Assembly: GCA_021775495.1 (NCBI GenBank)
Contig: JAJFHT010000071.1
Span: 4,244 to 68,243, forward strand
Length of the DNA: 64,000 nt
From: Hyphomicrobiales bacterium
GTDB lineage: Bacteria > Pseudomonadota > Alphaproteobacteria > Rhizobiales > Rhizobiaceae
Direction of reading: 5' to 3'
Part shown: one piece after another, positions 28,085 to 39,845 of the stretch
Layout of the letters: each line of letters starts with the position of its first letter
Numbering within the stretch: the first letter of the stretch is position 1
Program-made: the position numbers and the translations under genes
Notes under the pieces: generated by a model
Told to the model about the DNA's origin: nothing
What the model saw: the letters and a program-made list of their open reading frames with translations, nothing else
Databases searched by the model: none

Positions 28085-29908
28085 CTATTCGACGGTGACC
28101 GATTTCGCCAGATTGCGAGGCTGGTCGACATCGGTACCCATGTGAACAGCGGTGAAGTAGGCAAGCAGTTGCACCGGCAAGGCGTGAATGATCGGCGCGA
28201 TGATTTCCGGCACATCCGGAACGACAATGGTTTCGAGCGTGTCCATGTCGGTTTTCGCTGCACCGCGCTCATCGGTGATCAGGATTATGCGCCCACCGCG
28301 GGCGGCAACCTCCTGCATATTGGAGATTGTCTTTTCGAATATACGATCGAAAGGAGCGATGACGATAACCGGCATTTGCTCGTCGATCAGCGCAATCGGC
28401 CCGTGTTTCAACTCCCCGGCAGCGTAGCCCTCGGCATGAATATAGGAGATCTCCTTGAGTTTCAGCGCACCTTCCATGGCAAGCGGGAAGTTGGTATCGC
28501 GGCCGAGATAAAGGACATGGCGCACTTGAGCCAGCTCACGGGAAATCTTTTCGATCTGTTCTTCAAGCTTGAGCACCTGGTTGGCAAAACGCGGCGCTTC
28601 GGACAGCTGGCGAACCAGCTGGTTTTCTTCCTCGGCCGTGATCTTGCCCCGTTCGCGGGCGGCGCGAACCGCCAGAGCTGCCAGCACGGACAGCTGACAG
28701 GTGAAGGCTTTTGTCGATGCAACGCCGATTTCCGGACCGGCCAGGGTCGGGAATACGACATCCGACTCCCGGGCGATGGTGGAATCACGCACATTGACGA
28801 TCGAGCCGACACGCACTCCCTGACTGCGGCAATAGCGCAGCGATGCCAGTGTATCGGCTGTTTCGCCGGATTGAGAAACGAACAGCGCGATGCTGTCTTT
28901 CGACAGCGGCATTTCGCGGTAACGGAATTCAGATGCAATATCGACATCAACGGGCAATCGGGCGAACCGTTCGAACCAATATTTCGCAATGTGAGCGGCA
29001 TAATAGGCCGTACCGCAGGCCGAGATGGCCAGGCGATCCACGTCGGCAAAACTGAACGGCATATCGATAGCGTTGGACGTGCCGGCGGCAAAATCGAGAT
29101 AATGGGCCAGTGTGTGTGATATCACCTCGGGCTGTTCATGGATTTCCTTTTCCATGAAGTGCCGGTGGTTGCCCTTGTCGACCAGAAACGCCGTACCGAC
29201 GGACTTTTGCTGCGCACGTTCGACCATTTGCCCATCGGCATCGTAGATGACGAGCGAACTGGAGGTCAGAACTGCGCGGTCGCCGTCCTCGAGATAGGTG
29301 ATGACATTGGTGAACGGTGCCAGCGCAATTGCGTCGGAACCCAGATACATCGAACCTTCGCCATGTCCGACCGCAAGCGGCGGGCCATTGCGGGCGCCGA
29401 CGATCAGGTCGTCTTCCTGCGTGAACATCAAGGCCAGCGCATAGGCACCTTCCAGCCGGCGGATGGCGCTTAGTGCGGCATCGACCGGAGATTTGCCCGA
29501 TTTGATTTCCCGAGAAACCAGATGTGCAATAACCTCGGTATCCGTCTGGGACGCGAAGGAATAGCCATCGGCCTTCAGTTCGGTGCGCAGTTCGGAAAAA
29601 TTCTCGATAATGCCATTGTGCACGACCGCGACATCGTCGGAAAAATGCGGATGCGCATTGGTTTCATTCGGCACACCGTGAGTCGCCCACCTGGTGTGAC
29701 CGATGCCGATCTTGCCATCAAGCGGATCATCCTTGAGCCGCTGCTCCAGATTGACAAGTTTGCCCTCGGCGCGACGCCGCGCCAGCAATCCGTCCTCCAA
29801 TGTGGCCACTCCGGCGGAATCATATCCGCGGTATTCCAGCCGTTTCAGCGCATCAACCAATAGCGGTGCGACCGGTTCGCCACCGATTATTCCAACAATT
29901 CCACACAT
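28085..29908 (-). CDS. glmS: Glutamine--fructose-6-phosphate aminotransferase
   Basis: MCGIVG N-terminus, LEYRGYDSAG, GHTRWATHG, SQSGETADT and C-terminal PRNLAKSVTVE. Confidence 0.98.
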   Translation of the reverse strand: MCGIVGIIGGEPVAPLLVDALKRLEYRGYDSAGVATLEDGLLARRRAEGKLVNLEQRLKDDPLDGKIGIGHTRWATHGVPNETNAHPHFSDDVAVVHNGIIENFSELRTELKADGYSFASQTDTEVIAHLVSREIKSGKSPVDAALSAIRRLEGAYALALMFTQEDDLIVGARNGPPLAVGHGEGSMYLGSDAIALAPFTNVITYLEDGDRAVLTSSSLVIYDADGQMVERAQQKSVGTAFLVDKGNHRHFMEKEIHEQPEVISHTLAHYLDFAAGTSNAIDMPFSFADVDRLAISACGTAYYAAHIAKYWFERFARLPVDVDIASEFRYREMPLSKDSIALFVSQSGETADTLASLRYCRSQGVRVGSIVNVRDSTIARESDVVFPTLAGPEIGVASTKAFTCQLSVLAALAVRAARERGKITAEEENQLVRQLSEAPRFANQVLKLEEQIEKISRELAQVRHVLYLGRDTNFPLAMEGALKLKEISYIHAEGYAAGELKHGPIALIDEQMPVIVIAPFDRIFEKTISNMQEVAARGGRIILITDERGAAKTDMDTLETIVVPDVPEIIAPIIHALPVQLLAYFTAVHMGTDVDQPRNLAKSVTVE

Positions 29909-30067
29909 CTCAGGATAGCCCTCCACCACGCATGGTCTGTCTAGCGACATCCGTTCAGGCCGGAAAGTCACATATCATTTCAGTATCTTACACGGTCTAC
30001 TTGCACCAGTTTCAGCGCAAATCATCGCACAAATGGGTTTCAAAGCCGTTATTGCAATGAACGCAAA

Positions 30068-31432
30068 TCAACCGGATTTGCTCGTCCGCCGGTAGAGCGC
30101 ACGCAGCTTCGGCGCACGGTTTTCCTTATTGATCTGGCGGGCTCTCCCAAAGGAAACAGCATTTGCCGGGACCTCTTCGGTGATCACGCTGCCCGAGGCC
30201 ACATAGGCATTGTCGCCGACCCGAACCGGAGCAACCAGTGAGCTGTTCGAGCCGATGAATGCCCCTTTGCCGATTTCAGTCAAATGTTTGTTGTAGCCGT
30301 CATAGTTGCAAGTGATCGTTCCCGCACCGAGATTGGCGTTCGCCCCTACAACGGCGTCGCCGACATAGGTCAGGTGATTGATCTTCGCACCGGGATGAAC
30401 CACCGCCTTCTTTACTTCACAGAAATTGCCGACTTTAGCTTTTTCACCAAGCTCCGTCCCAGGCCGCAGTCTTGCATATGGTCCGACCTGCGCACCGGTG
30501 GCGACCGTGGCGCCCTCAAGATGCGAGAATGCTCGGATCAGAACATTTTCGGCGATCTTCACGCCCGGACCGAAAAAGACATTTGGCTCGACAACCGTGT
30601 CCTGGCCGATCTCCGTGTCATGGGAAAAAAACACCGATTCCGGCGCCAGAAGAGTCACCCCGGAAAGCATCATCTCCCGCCGCCGGCGGTCCTGCCATAT
30701 CCGCTCAGCGGCAGCCAGTTCCGCGCGGGTGTTGATGCCGAGCACATTGTCGTAATCGACCTCAATGGCAATTGTCGAAAGCCCCCGGGCTCGGGCAATT
30801 TCCACCACGTCCGTCATGTAGTACTCACCCTTGGCGTTGTCGTTGCCAACGGCTTCCAACAGTTCCAGCGCATGCTCTCCCGCAAGCGCCATCAGCCCGC
30901 CATTGCAGAATTCGATTTTCCTTTCCGCTTCAGATGCATCCTTTTCTTCGCGGATGGCGAGTAGGCTCCCGCCCTGCTCGATCAGGCGACCGTAACCCGT
31001 CGGCCTGTCGGTTCTGAAACCCATGACAACGACATCGGCGCCGGCAGCAAGCACTTCGCGCGCCCGTGACAAGGCATCGGCTTCGATGAGGGGCGTGTCA
31101 CCAAATACCACCAGGATGTCGTCATATCCGCGTGCTATCGCCTGGCGGGCCGCCAGAACCGCATGCGCCGTGCCAAGCCGCTCGGTTTGTTCATATACAT
31201 CCGCCGAAGGGCAAAATGGATTGACGGCTTGGAGAACCTCAGGCCCTCCGCGCCCTACGACAAGCGAGATCTGCGTCTGATCGCCGTCATCATGCGCGAT
31301 AGAAGCCGCACGTGCGACATGACCAACCATCGAAAGCCCGGCTATGGGATGCAAGACTTTGGGCAAAGCGCTTTTCATGCGGGTGCCCTCGCCGGCGGCC
31401 AGGATCACTGAAAGGCAGGTTCGGGTCGTCAT
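30068..31432 (-). CDS. glmU: Bifunctional UDP-GlcNAc pyrophosphorylase / GlcN-1-P acetyltransferase
   Basis: [19 protein letters not shown], hexapeptide repeats and [11 protein letters not shown]. Confidence 0.97.
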   Translation of the reverse strand: MTTRTCLSVILAAGEGTRMKSALPKVLHPIAGLSMVGHVARAASIAHDDGDQTQISLVVGRGGPEVLQAVNPFCPSADVYEQTERLGTAHAVLAARQAIARGYDDILVVFGDTPLIEADALSRAREVLAAGADVVVMGFRTDRPTGYGRLIEQGGSLLAIREEKDASEAERKIEFCNGGLMALAGEHALELLEAVGNDNAKGEYYMTDVVEIARARGLSTIAIEVDYDNVLGINTRAELAAAERIWQDRRRREMMLSGVTLLAPESVFFSHDTEIGQDTVVEPNVFFGPGVKIAENVLIRAFSHLEGATVATGAQVGPYARLRPGTELGEKAKVGNFCEVKKAVVHPGAKINHLTYVGDAVVGANANLGAGTITCNYDGYNKHLTEIGKGAFIGSNSSLVAPVRVGDNAYVASGSVITEEVPANAVSFGRARQINKENRAPKLRALYRRTSKSG

Positions 31433-31491
31433 GGGTTGAGTCCGTTCACTCTGTTAGATTGCTGAATTTCCATTGTGGTGTTCTGGCCAGA

Positions 31492-32175
31492 TCACAATGC
31501 GGCAACGAGGCCGTCCTGCAAGGTGACACGACGATCCATCCGCTCGGCCAGCGCGTGGTTGTGCGTGGCTATCAGGGCTGCAAGGCCAGATTGCCGCACC
31601 AAAGCTTCCATGGCTTCAAATACATAACCCGCCGTGACCGGATCAAGGTTTCCGGTCGGCTCGTCCGCCAGCAGAACCAATGGCGCATTTGCTACCGCTC
31701 TTGCAATGGCGACGCGCTGCTGTTCTCCCCCCGATAGTTCGGACGGGCGGTGCTGGGCGCGCTTTGATATCCGCATATAGTCGAGAAGCTGCATGGCGCG
31801 GGCTTCCGCCTCGGCATGTTTGAGGCCGCGGATCAGTTGCGGCATCATAATGTTCTCAACCGCGGTGAATTCCGGCAGCAGATGATGAAACTGATAGACG
31901 AAACCGATATCATTTCTTCTGATTGCAGTGCGTTCGTCATCCGACAGACGTCCGCAGGCCCGGCCATCCAGAACAACCTCCCCGGCGTCGGGGCGCTCCA
32001 GCAGCCCAGCCAGATGCAGTAATGTCGACTTGCCCGCCCCCGAAGGCGCAACCAGTGCTACCATTTCGCCACGGTGCAGAGAGAAATCCGTTCCGGACAG
32101 GATCGACAGTCTTTTCGACCCCTGCACAAAATGGCGCTCAACCGATTTGAGCTCCAACATTACCCTACCGGCCAT
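31492..32175 (-). CDS. lolD: Lipoprotein-releasing ABC transporter ATP-binding protein
   Basis: [30 protein letters not shown] and [13 protein letters not shown] overlaps the lolC/E stop (TGATG). Confidence 0.92.
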   Translation of the reverse strand: MAGRVMLELKSVERHFVQGSKRLSILSGTDFSLHRGEMVALVAPSGAGKSTLLHLAGLLERPDAGEVVLDGRACGRLSDDERTAIRRNDIGFVYQFHHLLPEFTAVENIMMPQLIRGLKHAEAEARAMQLLDYMRISKRAQHRPSELSGGEQQRVAIARAVANAPLVLLADEPTGNLDPVTAGYVFEAMEALVRQSGLAALIATHNHALAERMDRRVTLQDGLVAAL

Positions 32176-33464
32176 CACTCGTACCTCAACGCTTCCACTG
32201 GGTCGAGTTTGGCGGCACGCCATGCGGGGAAAAGGGTTGCCAGAAACGACAGGATCAGCGCCATGCCGATTACGGTCATCGTTTCCCAAAAGTCCATCTT
32301 GGCCGGCAACTGGCTGAGGAAATAGAGCTCGGGATTGAAGATTGTCGTCCCGGACAGCCAGGAGAAAAACTGCCGGATCGACTCTACATTCAGGCACACG
32401 ACCACACCAAGCAGTACGCCTGCAACTGTACCGGTCATGCCGATAGCTGCACCGGTCATCAGGAATATGCGCATTACCGCACCCCGGCTTGCGCCCATGG
32501 TACGCAGGATAGCGATGTCGCGTCCCTTGTCCTTCACAAGCATGATCAGGCCGGAAATAATATTCAGGGCTGCAACGACGACAATCAGTGTGAGGATCAA
32601 AAACATCACATTGCGCTCGACCTGCAGGGCAGAGAAAAAGGTACGATTTCGCTGACGCCAGTCGGTCAGGAAAAGCTGCCTTTGCGCGGCCTGTTCGATC
32701 GGTTCGCGCAACAGGTCGACATCATCCGGCTGATCGACGAATATCTCGATCGTTTGAACCCGGTCTTCCGAGTTGAAATAGAGCTGCGCTTCCTTTAGCG
32801 GCATGAATATGATCGATGCATCATATTCCGACATCCCAACTTCGAAAATCATGCTGATCGGATAACTTTTGACCCGTGGCGTCACACCAAGCGGAGAAAC
32901 ATCGCCTTCTGGTGAAACCAGTGTGATGGAATCGTTCACAACCAGGCCAAGACTCTCCGCCATTCTGCTGCCAATGGCGACGGCCTCACCGGCGTCAAAT
33001 CCATCGACCGATCCGTGTTTAATGTTTTCAGCGACCAGGCGCAGTGACAACAAATCTTCCGATCTGATGCCACGTACGAGGGCACCCGTACCTGCGCCGA
33101 TTCGACCGGATGCGAGTGTCTGCCCCTCAACCAGGGGAATTGCGTATTTGACGCCGTCGACGGCCGCGATTCTGCTGGCGACTTCGCTGTAGTCAGTCAA
33201 CGGTTGGTCTATGGGTTGCAAAATCAGATGACCATTCACGCCCAGAATGCGATCCAGCAGTTCGGCGCGAAATCCGTTCATCACAGCCATAACGATGATA
33301 AGTGTGGCGACACCAAGCATGATGCCGGCAAAGGAGAAACCCGCAATGACTGAAATGAACGCTTCCCTGCGCCGCGACCGCAGATAACGCCAGGCAATCA
33401 TGCGTTCGAAAGGCGAAAACCGGCCCGCCGATGCATTGGTTTTGTGCGGTGCCGTATCGCTCAT
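32175..33464 (-). CDS. lolE: Lipoprotein-releasing ABC transporter permease (LolC/E)
   Basis: [35 protein letters not shown] and [17 protein letters not shown]. Confidence 0.9.
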   Translation of the reverse strand: MSDTAPHKTNASAGRFSPFERMIAWRYLRSRRREAFISVIAGFSFAGIMLGVATLIIVMAVMNGFRAELLDRILGVNGHLILQPIDQPLTDYSEVASRIAAVDGVKYAIPLVEGQTLASGRIGAGTGALVRGIRSEDLLSLRLVAENIKHGSVDGFDAGEAVAIGSRMAESLGLVVNDSITLVSPEGDVSPLGVTPRVKSYPISMIFEVGMSEYDASIIFMPLKEAQLYFNSEDRVQTIEIFVDQPDDVDLLREPIEQAAQRQLFLTDWRQRNRTFFSALQVERNVMFLILTLIVVVAALNIISGLIMLVKDKGRDIAILRTMGASRGAVMRIFLMTGAAIGMTGTVAGVLLGVVVCLNVESIRQFFSWLSGTTIFNPELYFLSQLPAKMDFWETMTVIGMALILSFLATLFPAWRAAKLDPVEALRYE

Positions 33465-34789
33465 CGATCTGTGATCAGCCTGTTCAGTGCGTCATCGATG
33501 GAAAGGGTTTCACGCTCGCCTGTGCTTCTGTTCTTGATCTCGACCTGGCCGTTCGCCACGCTACGGGGTCCAGCAATCACCTGCCATGGAAGACCGATTA
33601 GATCGAGACTGGCAAATTTGGCGCCTGCACGCTGGTCGGTATCGTCATACAGCACTTCCAGCCCAGCGGCCGACAAAGCGCCATAGAGTTTATCACACGC
33701 CGCATCGCAGGCCGAATCCCCAGGCTTCATGTTGATCACTCCGACGGCGAAAGGCGCTATGGCCTCGGGCCACACAATGCCATTTTCATCATGAAACGCT
33801 TCGATGATGGCGGCGACAAGTCGTGACGGTCCGATCCCGTAGGATCCCATTGAAACCGGATGCTCCTTGCCGTCGGGCCCGGTCACGGTCGCGTTCATGG
33901 CTTCAGAATACTTGGTTCCGAAGTGGAAAATATGACCGACTTCAATGCCACGGGCAGCCAGTCGCTTGTCGTCCGATATTCCGTCCCACACCGCCTCGTC
34001 GTGCATTTCATCGGTCGCAGCATAGGGCGTCGTCCATCTCTCCACGATCTCCGCAATCTGTTTGTCATCGCGGAAGTCCGTGTCTGCCTCGGGCACTGAC
34101 ATTTCCAGATAATCCCGGTGGCAAAACACTTCAGATTCACCTGTTTCTGCCAGGATTATGAACTCGTGACTGAGGTCACCGCCTATCGGACCCGTGTCAG
34201 CGCGCATCGGAATGGCGCTCAATCCCAGGCGCGAGAACGTTCTCAAATAGGCAACGAACATCCTGTTATACGCCGCGCGCGCACCTTCATGGTCGAGATC
34301 GAACGAATAGGCGTCCTTCATCAGAAATTCACGCGACCGCATGACGCCAAACCTCGGGCGGACTTCATCGCGGAATTTCCATTGAATGTGATAGAGATTC
34401 AGCGGCAGATCCTTGTAGGATCGCACGTAGCCGCGGAATATATCCGTGACCATTTCTTCGTTGGTCGGCCCGAACAGCATATCGCGTTTGTGCCGGTCGG
34501 TGATGCGCAACATCTCACGGCCGTAATCATCATAACGTCCGCTTTCGCGCCACAGGTCGGCCGACTGGATGGTTGGCATGAGGATCTCGATTGCCCCAGC
34601 GCGGTTCTGCTCTTCGCGTACAATCGCGTTGACCTTTTCCAGCACCCGAAGCCCGAGTGGCAACCATGAAAAAATGCCGGCCGACTGTTGCCGGATCATG
34701 CCCGCCCTCAACATCAGTCGATGCGAGACGATCTCCGCCTCACGCGGTGTTTCTTTCAATATAGGCAGAAAAAACTGCGACAAACGCAT
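33461..34789 (-). CDS. proS: Proline--tRNA ligase (short form without editing insertion)
   Basis: [40 protein letters not shown] and GIEVGHIF. Confidence 0.97.
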   Translation of the reverse strand: MRLSQFFLPILKETPREAEIVSHRLMLRAGMIRQQSAGIFSWLPLGLRVLEKVNAIVREEQNRAGAIEILMPTIQSADLWRESGRYDDYGREMLRITDRHKRDMLFGPTNEEMVTDIFRGYVRSYKDLPLNLYHIQWKFRDEVRPRFGVMRSREFLMKDAYSFDLDHEGARAAYNRMFVAYLRTFSRLGLSAIPMRADTGPIGGDLSHEFIILAETGESEVFCHRDYLEMSVPEADTDFRDDKQIAEIVERWTTPYAATDEMHDEAVWDGISDDKRLAARGIEVGHIFHFGTKYSEAMNATVTGPDGKEHPVSMGSYGIGPSRLVAAIIEAFHDENGIVWPEAIAPFAVGVINMKPGDSACDAACDKLYGALSAAGLEVLYDDTDQRAGAKFASLDLIGLPWQVIAGPRSVANGQVEIKNRSTGERETLSIDDALNRLITDR

Positions 34790-34976
34790 TGGGAAATCCG
34801 TCCAGTATCGTCGGGCCGCCCCGGAATCAGGACAGTTTGGGGCAGAAATGGTTGGCAGCGCTTCTTAGCCATTTCACAGCGATATGGGAAGCCGCGATCG
34901 AAAATGAAGAATGGTTGGAATGCCGCATTTTTGTGCATTGCAACGAAAGTCGGTGACAGGTGATCGAAAATTAATG

Positions 34977-35005
34977 ATGACAAGTCAGGCGGAGTTGGCT
35001 AAAAA
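34977..35005 (+). promoter_or_regulatory. Putative sigma70 promoter of the sRNA
   Basis: ATGACA-N15-GCTAAAAA resembles the alphaproteobacterial TTGAC..GCTANA promoter, just upstream of the structured region. Confidence 0.35.
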
Positions 35006-35011
35006 GTCGTC

Positions 35012-35160
35012 ATAATTGAGAAGGCGGTCAATGAACGGCCTTCCAGCGCGGTCAAAGTCTTGGGAGGATGCGATTTAGGGCGCGATCGTTCGCAGCCGTC
35101 GGGAAACCGGCTATAAATCGGACGCGCGAATTGCAAGGCTCTGAGCCTTGCTTTTTTTTT
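35012..35160 (+). ncRNA. Small RNA, probably alpha-r9 (Smr9C) family
   Basis: About 150-nt stem-rich intergenic stretch (GAAGGC..GCCTTC; AGCCG..CGGCT) ending in the strong terminator GCAAGGCTC-t-GAGCCTTGC-T9. It is transcribed opposite to both neighbours. The proS / small membrane protein context matches my recollection of alpha-r9. The 5' end is approximate. Confidence 0.68.
35133..35160 (+). terminator. Rho-independent terminator of the sRNA
   Basis: GCAAGGCTCTGAGCCTTGC followed by TTTTTTTTT. Confidence 0.85.
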
Positions 35161-35179
35161 ACCTCAATTCAGTCACGAT

Positions 35180-35449
35180 TCAGCTGAAATCCGGCATGAT
35201 CTGCGGCAGGTCGTCAAAGCCGAGCCCGAGAATTTCGACCATCACGAAATACGCTGCGAAAATCGCCATAGCGGCGATGGTCGTCCTTATCAATGTTCGG
35301 ACCATGTGAGGACGACCAGGCGCGCTCGATGTCGTGCCGAGCGTGACATCTCCGTCATCATCCTGTGTGCGCAAGCCGATCGGTAGCATGGCAAACAGCG
35401 CAATCCACCAGATGATAAAAAATACCGCCAGTCCAGAAATCCAGTTCAT
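35180..35449 (-). CDS. DUF1467 family small membrane protein
   Basis: MNWISGLAVFFIIWWIALFAMLPIGLRTQD...GT..SAP. Confidence 0.85.
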   Translation of the reverse strand: MNWISGLAVFFIIWWIALFAMLPIGLRTQDDDGDVTLGTTSSAPGRPHMVRTLIRTTIAAMAIFAAYFVMVEILGLGFDDLPQIMPDFS

Positions 35450-35453
35450 CGGC

Positions 35454-35858
35454 TCAACATTCTTCCAGTTCCACCAGAGTTCCGTCGAAATCCTTCGGAT
35501 GCAAAAACAGAACCGGTTTTCCGTGTGCACCGGTTTTTGGCTCACCATTGCCGAGGACACGGGCGCCGCTGGCGGTCAGATGATCCCGCGCGGCAATGAT
35601 GTCGCTGACTTCGTAACAAATATGATGAATGCCACCGGATGGGCTTTTCTCAAGGAATGCCCGGATCGGGGACTCCTCCCCCAGCGGTTCGAGCAGTTCG
35701 ATCTTCGTATTGGCCAGTTCAACGAAGACCACCGTCACGCCGTGTTCGGGAAGGGCCTGGGGCTTTGAAACCTCGGCCCCTAGTGTGTCACGGTAGGTGC
35801 TGGCAGCGGAATCCAGATCCGGAACGGCGATGGCAACATGGTTCAGTCGTTCAAGCAA
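35454..35858 (-). CDS. mce: Methylmalonyl-CoA epimerase
   Basis: RLNHVAIAVPDL, EHGVTVVF, KIELLEP, GGIHHICYEV and FLHPKDFDGTLVELEE; TTG start. Confidence 0.93.
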   Translation of the reverse strand: MLERLNHVAIAVPDLDSAASTYRDTLGAEVSKPQALPEHGVTVVFVELANTKIELLEPLGEESPIRAFLEKSPSGGIHHICYEVSDIIAARDHLTASGARVLGNGEPKTGAHGKPVLFLHPKDFDGTLVELEEC

Positions 35859-35934
35859 GGTTCGGTTCCTTTGTCGGAGCGGCGAGCGCGATTTCGGATT
35901 GCGCACCCTATCTGTCTGTTTTTGGCATCATGTA

Positions 35935-37608
35935 TCAACCACGCGTCACGAACACCGTGGTAACCGGCTTCTTGCCCCAGATGTCCCGCGCCGCGGCACG
36001 CACTGCACGGCGCACCGCTTCACGAACAAGCTCCAGATCTTTCCGCCGGGAGCGTGGAATTCCGTCGATGGCGCCGATCGCCGCATCCAGCATCAGGTCC
36101 TCAAGGAACTCACCGCGGCCATCGGATTCGGGAACACCGACGGCCACCAGGTCGGGCTCACCAATCGGATTAAGTTTTGAATCAAGCACGACATTGACTG
36201 CCACGTGACCGGTGAATGACAATTTCCGGCGATCGCGAATTCCAACCTGCTCGTCATCACCGATCAGCTTGCCGTCTTTATAGACACGGCCGAAGGGCAC
36301 CTGATCGATTATCTCAGCGGCGCCCGGGGCCAATCGCAGCATGTCTCCGTTTCGCGGTTGCGCGACCTCGGGAACACCCGCGATCGAGGCAAGCGAGGCA
36401 TGGGCCACAAGATGTGCTGCCTCTCCGTGGACTGGCACTGAAATGCGCGGGCGTACCCACTTGTACATCTGTTTCAGTTCACTGCGGCGCGGATGACCGG
36501 AAACGTGAACCAGCGCATCATCGTCTTCTATGATCCGCACACCCATTTCGATCAACGCGTTTTTGGTTTCCAGAATCGGTTTTTCGTTTCCGGGGATCAC
36601 GCGGGATGAATAAATCACGGTATCGCCTCGCGACAGACTGACATGGCGCATTTCATCACGGGACAGTTTTGCCAGAGCGGCGCGGGATTCCCCCTGGCTC
36701 CCGGTGCAAAGGATGACTACATTCTCCCGCGGTATGTATCCGAAATCCTCCTCTTCGAGGAATTCCGGCAGCCCGTCCAGATATCCAAGCTCAGTGGCGA
36801 CTTCGATGACCCGCTTCAAGGAGCGACCAAGAACCAGAACCTGACGGCCCGCATCGCGGGCGGCTTCGGCAATTGACCGAATTCGTCCGACATTGGACGA
36901 GAATGTGGTGATCGCCACCCGTCCTTCCGCTTGTTCGATCAATGTTTTCAAGCTCGCATTGACGGCCTGTTCGGAAGGCGATTCCCCATCGCGCATGGCA
37001 TTGGTGGAATCACAGATGAGCGCAAGCACACCCTCATCACCGACCGCTTGAAAACGCTCGCCATCGGTTTTCGGACCAATCGCCGGTGCGTCGTCGATTT
37101 TCCAGTCTCCGGTATGAATCACCGTTCCGGACGGTGTCCTGATGACAAGCGACATCGGTTCGGGAATGGAATGGGTGACGGCAATTGCCTCAATCTCAAA
37201 CGAACCCACTGAAATTCTGTCGCCGGCCCGGTAGATCGACACCGGAATATCAGGGGCGCCGCGTTCAGACTGCCGTTTTGCCTCCAGCAAACCAGCCGTA
37301 AATGGCGTTGCCCAGACGGGAACACGGAGTTTTGGCCAAAGGTCGAGCAATGCGCCGTAGTGGTCTTCGTGGGCATGGGTGACAATTATGGCTTTCAGTT
37401 TTGGCCGCTCGTTTTCGATGAAACGCGTGTCGGGAAGAACCAGGTCCGCGCCCGGCAATTCCGGCCCCGGAAAGGTCACTCCGCAATCGACGACAATCCA
37501 TTCACGGTCACCCGCAGGTCCAAAACCGTATAGCGCGAAGTTCATACCAATCTCGCCGACACCGCCGAGTGGGACGAATACCAGTTCGTTTTTGTCCCGC
37601 TTTGTCAT
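35935..37608 (-). CDS. rnj: Ribonuclease J
   Basis: PLGGVGEIGMN, THAHEDHYG, HSIPE, HTGDWK, CDSTN, HVSGH and PVHGE. Confidence 0.95.
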   Translation of the reverse strand: MTKRDKNELVFVPLGGVGEIGMNFALYGFGPAGDREWIVVDCGVTFPGPELPGADLVLPDTRFIENERPKLKAIIVTHAHEDHYGALLDLWPKLRVPVWATPFTAGLLEAKRQSERGAPDIPVSIYRAGDRISVGSFEIEAIAVTHSIPEPMSLVIRTPSGTVIHTGDWKIDDAPAIGPKTDGERFQAVGDEGVLALICDSTNAMRDGESPSEQAVNASLKTLIEQAEGRVAITTFSSNVGRIRSIAEAARDAGRQVLVLGRSLKRVIEVATELGYLDGLPEFLEEEDFGYIPRENVVILCTGSQGESRAALAKLSRDEMRHVSLSRGDTVIYSSRVIPGNEKPILETKNALIEMGVRIIEDDDALVHVSGHPRRSELKQMYKWVRPRISVPVHGEAAHLVAHASLASIAGVPEVAQPRNGDMLRLAPGAAEIIDQVPFGRVYKDGKLIGDDEQVGIRDRRKLSFTGHVAVNVVLDSKLNPIGEPDLVAVGVPESDGRGEFLEDLMLDAAIGAIDGIPRSRRKDLELVREAVRRAVRAAARDIWGKKPVTTVFVTRG

Positions 37609-38384
37609 CAATTGTTTCCAGATCCGTTGGAGAAAAACAGGTCGCCGGCAGAAATACGTTTTGTGTCTCCGTCGGCCAGGCGCAAACGGAGACAACCGTC
37701 CGCGTCGATATCTTCAAATAGGCCTTCAAGGCGGCCATCGGCAAGGTTTACCGTGACCGGTTCGCCAATCCCGGCAGCTGCATCGATCCATTGTTCACGA
37801 ATCGCGGTGAATGCCCTGCCCCGATCCCACAATGTCAGCATTTTCGCCATCTCTTCAGCCAGGCCGGCAAAAACCTGATCCGACATCACATCGACGCCAG
37901 CATCCGCCAGACTTGTCGTCGGATAGAGCGCCTCTTCCGGATGGCTCTGGCAGTTTATGCCGCATCCAACGACCACCACGGTTTTTCCCTCAATGGAGGA
38001 CTGGCTTTCCAGCAGGATGCCGTTGATCTTGGCACCGTTGAGCAAAATGTCGTTTGGCCACTTGATGGCAATCGTGTTGCCAGAACCTGAAACCACTTGT
38101 TTCAGCGCCCGAAACACGGCCAATGCCGTGACAAGCGGCAGGGTTGCCAGTTGTGGCATCGGTGCCGGATCGATCAGCAGAAGCGACGCATAAAGATTAC
38201 CAGGTTCCGACACCCAATTGCGGCCACGTCGCGCCCTGCCAGTCGATTGACTTGTTGCGGTGACCCACAGCATTCCCTGGTCCCCGCGGCGTGCCTGGGC
38301 AAATGCCTCGTCATTGGTTGAACCAACGCTCCCGAGCGCCAACCGACGATATCCTGCAATTCCGGCGATTGCCTCCGGGACCAT
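37608..38384 (-). CDS. birA: Biotin--[acetyl-CoA carboxylase] ligase (no N-terminal HTH)
   Basis: STND, QSTGRARRGRNWVS, KWPNDILL and KINGILLE. Confidence 0.93.
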   Translation of the reverse strand: MVPEAIAGIAGYRRLALGSVGSTNDEAFAQARRGDQGMLWVTATSQSTGRARRGRNWVSEPGNLYASLLLIDPAPMPQLATLPLVTALAVFRALKQVVSGSGNTIAIKWPNDILLNGAKINGILLESQSSIEGKTVVVVGCGINCQSHPEEALYPTTSLADAGVDVMSDQVFAGLAEEMAKMLTLWDRGRAFTAIREQWIDAAAGIGEPVTVNLADGRLEGLFEDIDADGCLRLRLADGDTKRISAGDLFFSNGSGNN

Positions 38385-38393
38385 GCGTTTCGG

Positions 38394-39830
38394 TCAGAAG
38401 AAGGTTTTTGCGGCGGCTTGTGCAATCGTGCTGATCGGCCCGCCGATCAGAACGTAGAACAGCACGAATGCGCCGGACACGCCCAACACAAGTCGCAACT
38501 CGCCGGCCATTGGAACAAATCGTTCAACCGGTTCGTCGAACCACATGATCTTGATGATACGCAGATAGTAGAACGCGCCAACGACCGATGCCAGAACGCC
38601 GATAACCGCGAGAGCCAGAAGATCGGCCTCGATCGCTGCAAGGAACACGTACCATTTCCCCCAGAAACCGGCGAGCGGGGGGATACCGGCAAGCGAAAAC
38701 ATCAGGATGGTCAAAATGGTCGCCATGACCGGATTGGTGGAGGCGATACCGGCCAGGTCATCAATTTGCTCGACATTGCCTTCCTTGCGACGCATCGCAA
38801 GAATGACCGCGAAAGTGCCGAGCGTCATGACCAGGTAAATCAGCATGTAAATGACAACGCCGCGGACCCCGGCAAGCGACCCGGCCGAAAGACCGACAAG
38901 GGCGAAGCCCATGTGTGCGATCGACGAGTAGGCCATAAGGCGTTTGATGTTGCGCTGGCCAATGGCGGCAAAGGCTCCGAGCAGCATCGACGCGATGGAA
39001 ATGAACACGATGATCTGCTGCCAGTCCGCTGTCACCGGTTCGAATGCACCGACAACGACCCGTACGAGCAATGCCATGGCCGCAATTTTCGGTGCAGCGG
39101 CAAAAAACGCTGTCACCGGAGTCGGAGCGCCCTCATAGACATCGGGCGTCCACATGTGGAACGGCACAGCAGAGATCTTGAACGCCAGTCCGGCGAGGAC
39201 AAAAACCAGTCCGAACAGCAGACCAAGCTGACGCTCGGAACCGGACAAGGCACTGGCGATTTCGGCAAATCCGGTATTGCCGGTGTAACCGTAGACTAGG
39301 GAAATTCCGTATAACAGCATGCCAGACGAAAGCGCGCCGAGGACAAAATACTTAAGGCCGGCTTCGGTCGAGCGGACACTGTCACGGTTAATGGCGGCGA
39401 CGACATAAAGCGACAGCGACTGCAGTTCCAGCCCCAGATAGAGCGCGATCATATCGTTGGCCGATATCATCAGCAGCATCCCGAGGGTTGCGAGCATGAT
39501 CAGGACCGGAAATTCGAACTTGTCGAATTTCTCCGCACGAGCAAACCCGACCGACATGACGAGCGTGACGATCGAGCCGACCAGGGTCAGGATTTTCATG
39601 ATGTGCGAGAACGGATCGTTGACGAAAGCGGTTCCGAACGCCGTGCCCTCGACGGGGACGAGCAGCAACACCGCCCCGGCGGCAAGCAGAATGGCAACCG
39701 CAAGACCGGTCACCAGGACATTCGCTCGTGATCCGGAAAACACACCAATCATCAGCAGTGCCATGGCACCTACTGCCAGGATCAGCTCCGGTGCGGCCAT
39801 TGTCAGGCTTGGTATCAACTCCACCGTCAT
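38394..39830 (-). CDS. nuoN: NADH-quinone oxidoreductase subunit N
   Basis: [30 protein letters not shown] and SLAGIPP. Confidence 0.97.
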   Translation of the reverse strand: MTVELIPSLTMAAPELILAVGAMALLMIGVFSGSRANVLVTGLAVAILLAAGAVLLLVPVEGTAFGTAFVNDPFSHIMKILTLVGSIVTLVMSVGFARAEKFDKFEFPVLIMLATLGMLLMISANDMIALYLGLELQSLSLYVVAAINRDSVRSTEAGLKYFVLGALSSGMLLYGISLVYGYTGNTGFAEIASALSGSERQLGLLFGLVFVLAGLAFKISAVPFHMWTPDVYEGAPTPVTAFFAAAPKIAAMALLVRVVVGAFEPVTADWQQIIVFISIASMLLGAFAAIGQRNIKRLMAYSSIAHMGFALVGLSAGSLAGVRGVVIYMLIYLVMTLGTFAVILAMRRKEGNVEQIDDLAGIASTNPVMATILTILMFSLAGIPPLAGFWGKWYVFLAAIEADLLALAVIGVLASVVGAFYYLRIIKIMWFDEPVERFVPMAGELRLVLGVSGAFVLFYVLIGGPISTIAQAAAKTFF

Positions 39831-39845
39831 GATCTCCGGACCTCG

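Noticed and set aside
29909..30067. Possible glmS ribozyme upstream of glmS
   Set aside because: No recognisable glmS ribozyme core was seen, and the element is mainly found in Gram-positive bacteria.
33461..38384. Short ProRS without an editing domain, BirA without HTH, and birA-rnj-mce following nuoN
   Set aside because: These are normal features of alphaproteobacteria and not novel.
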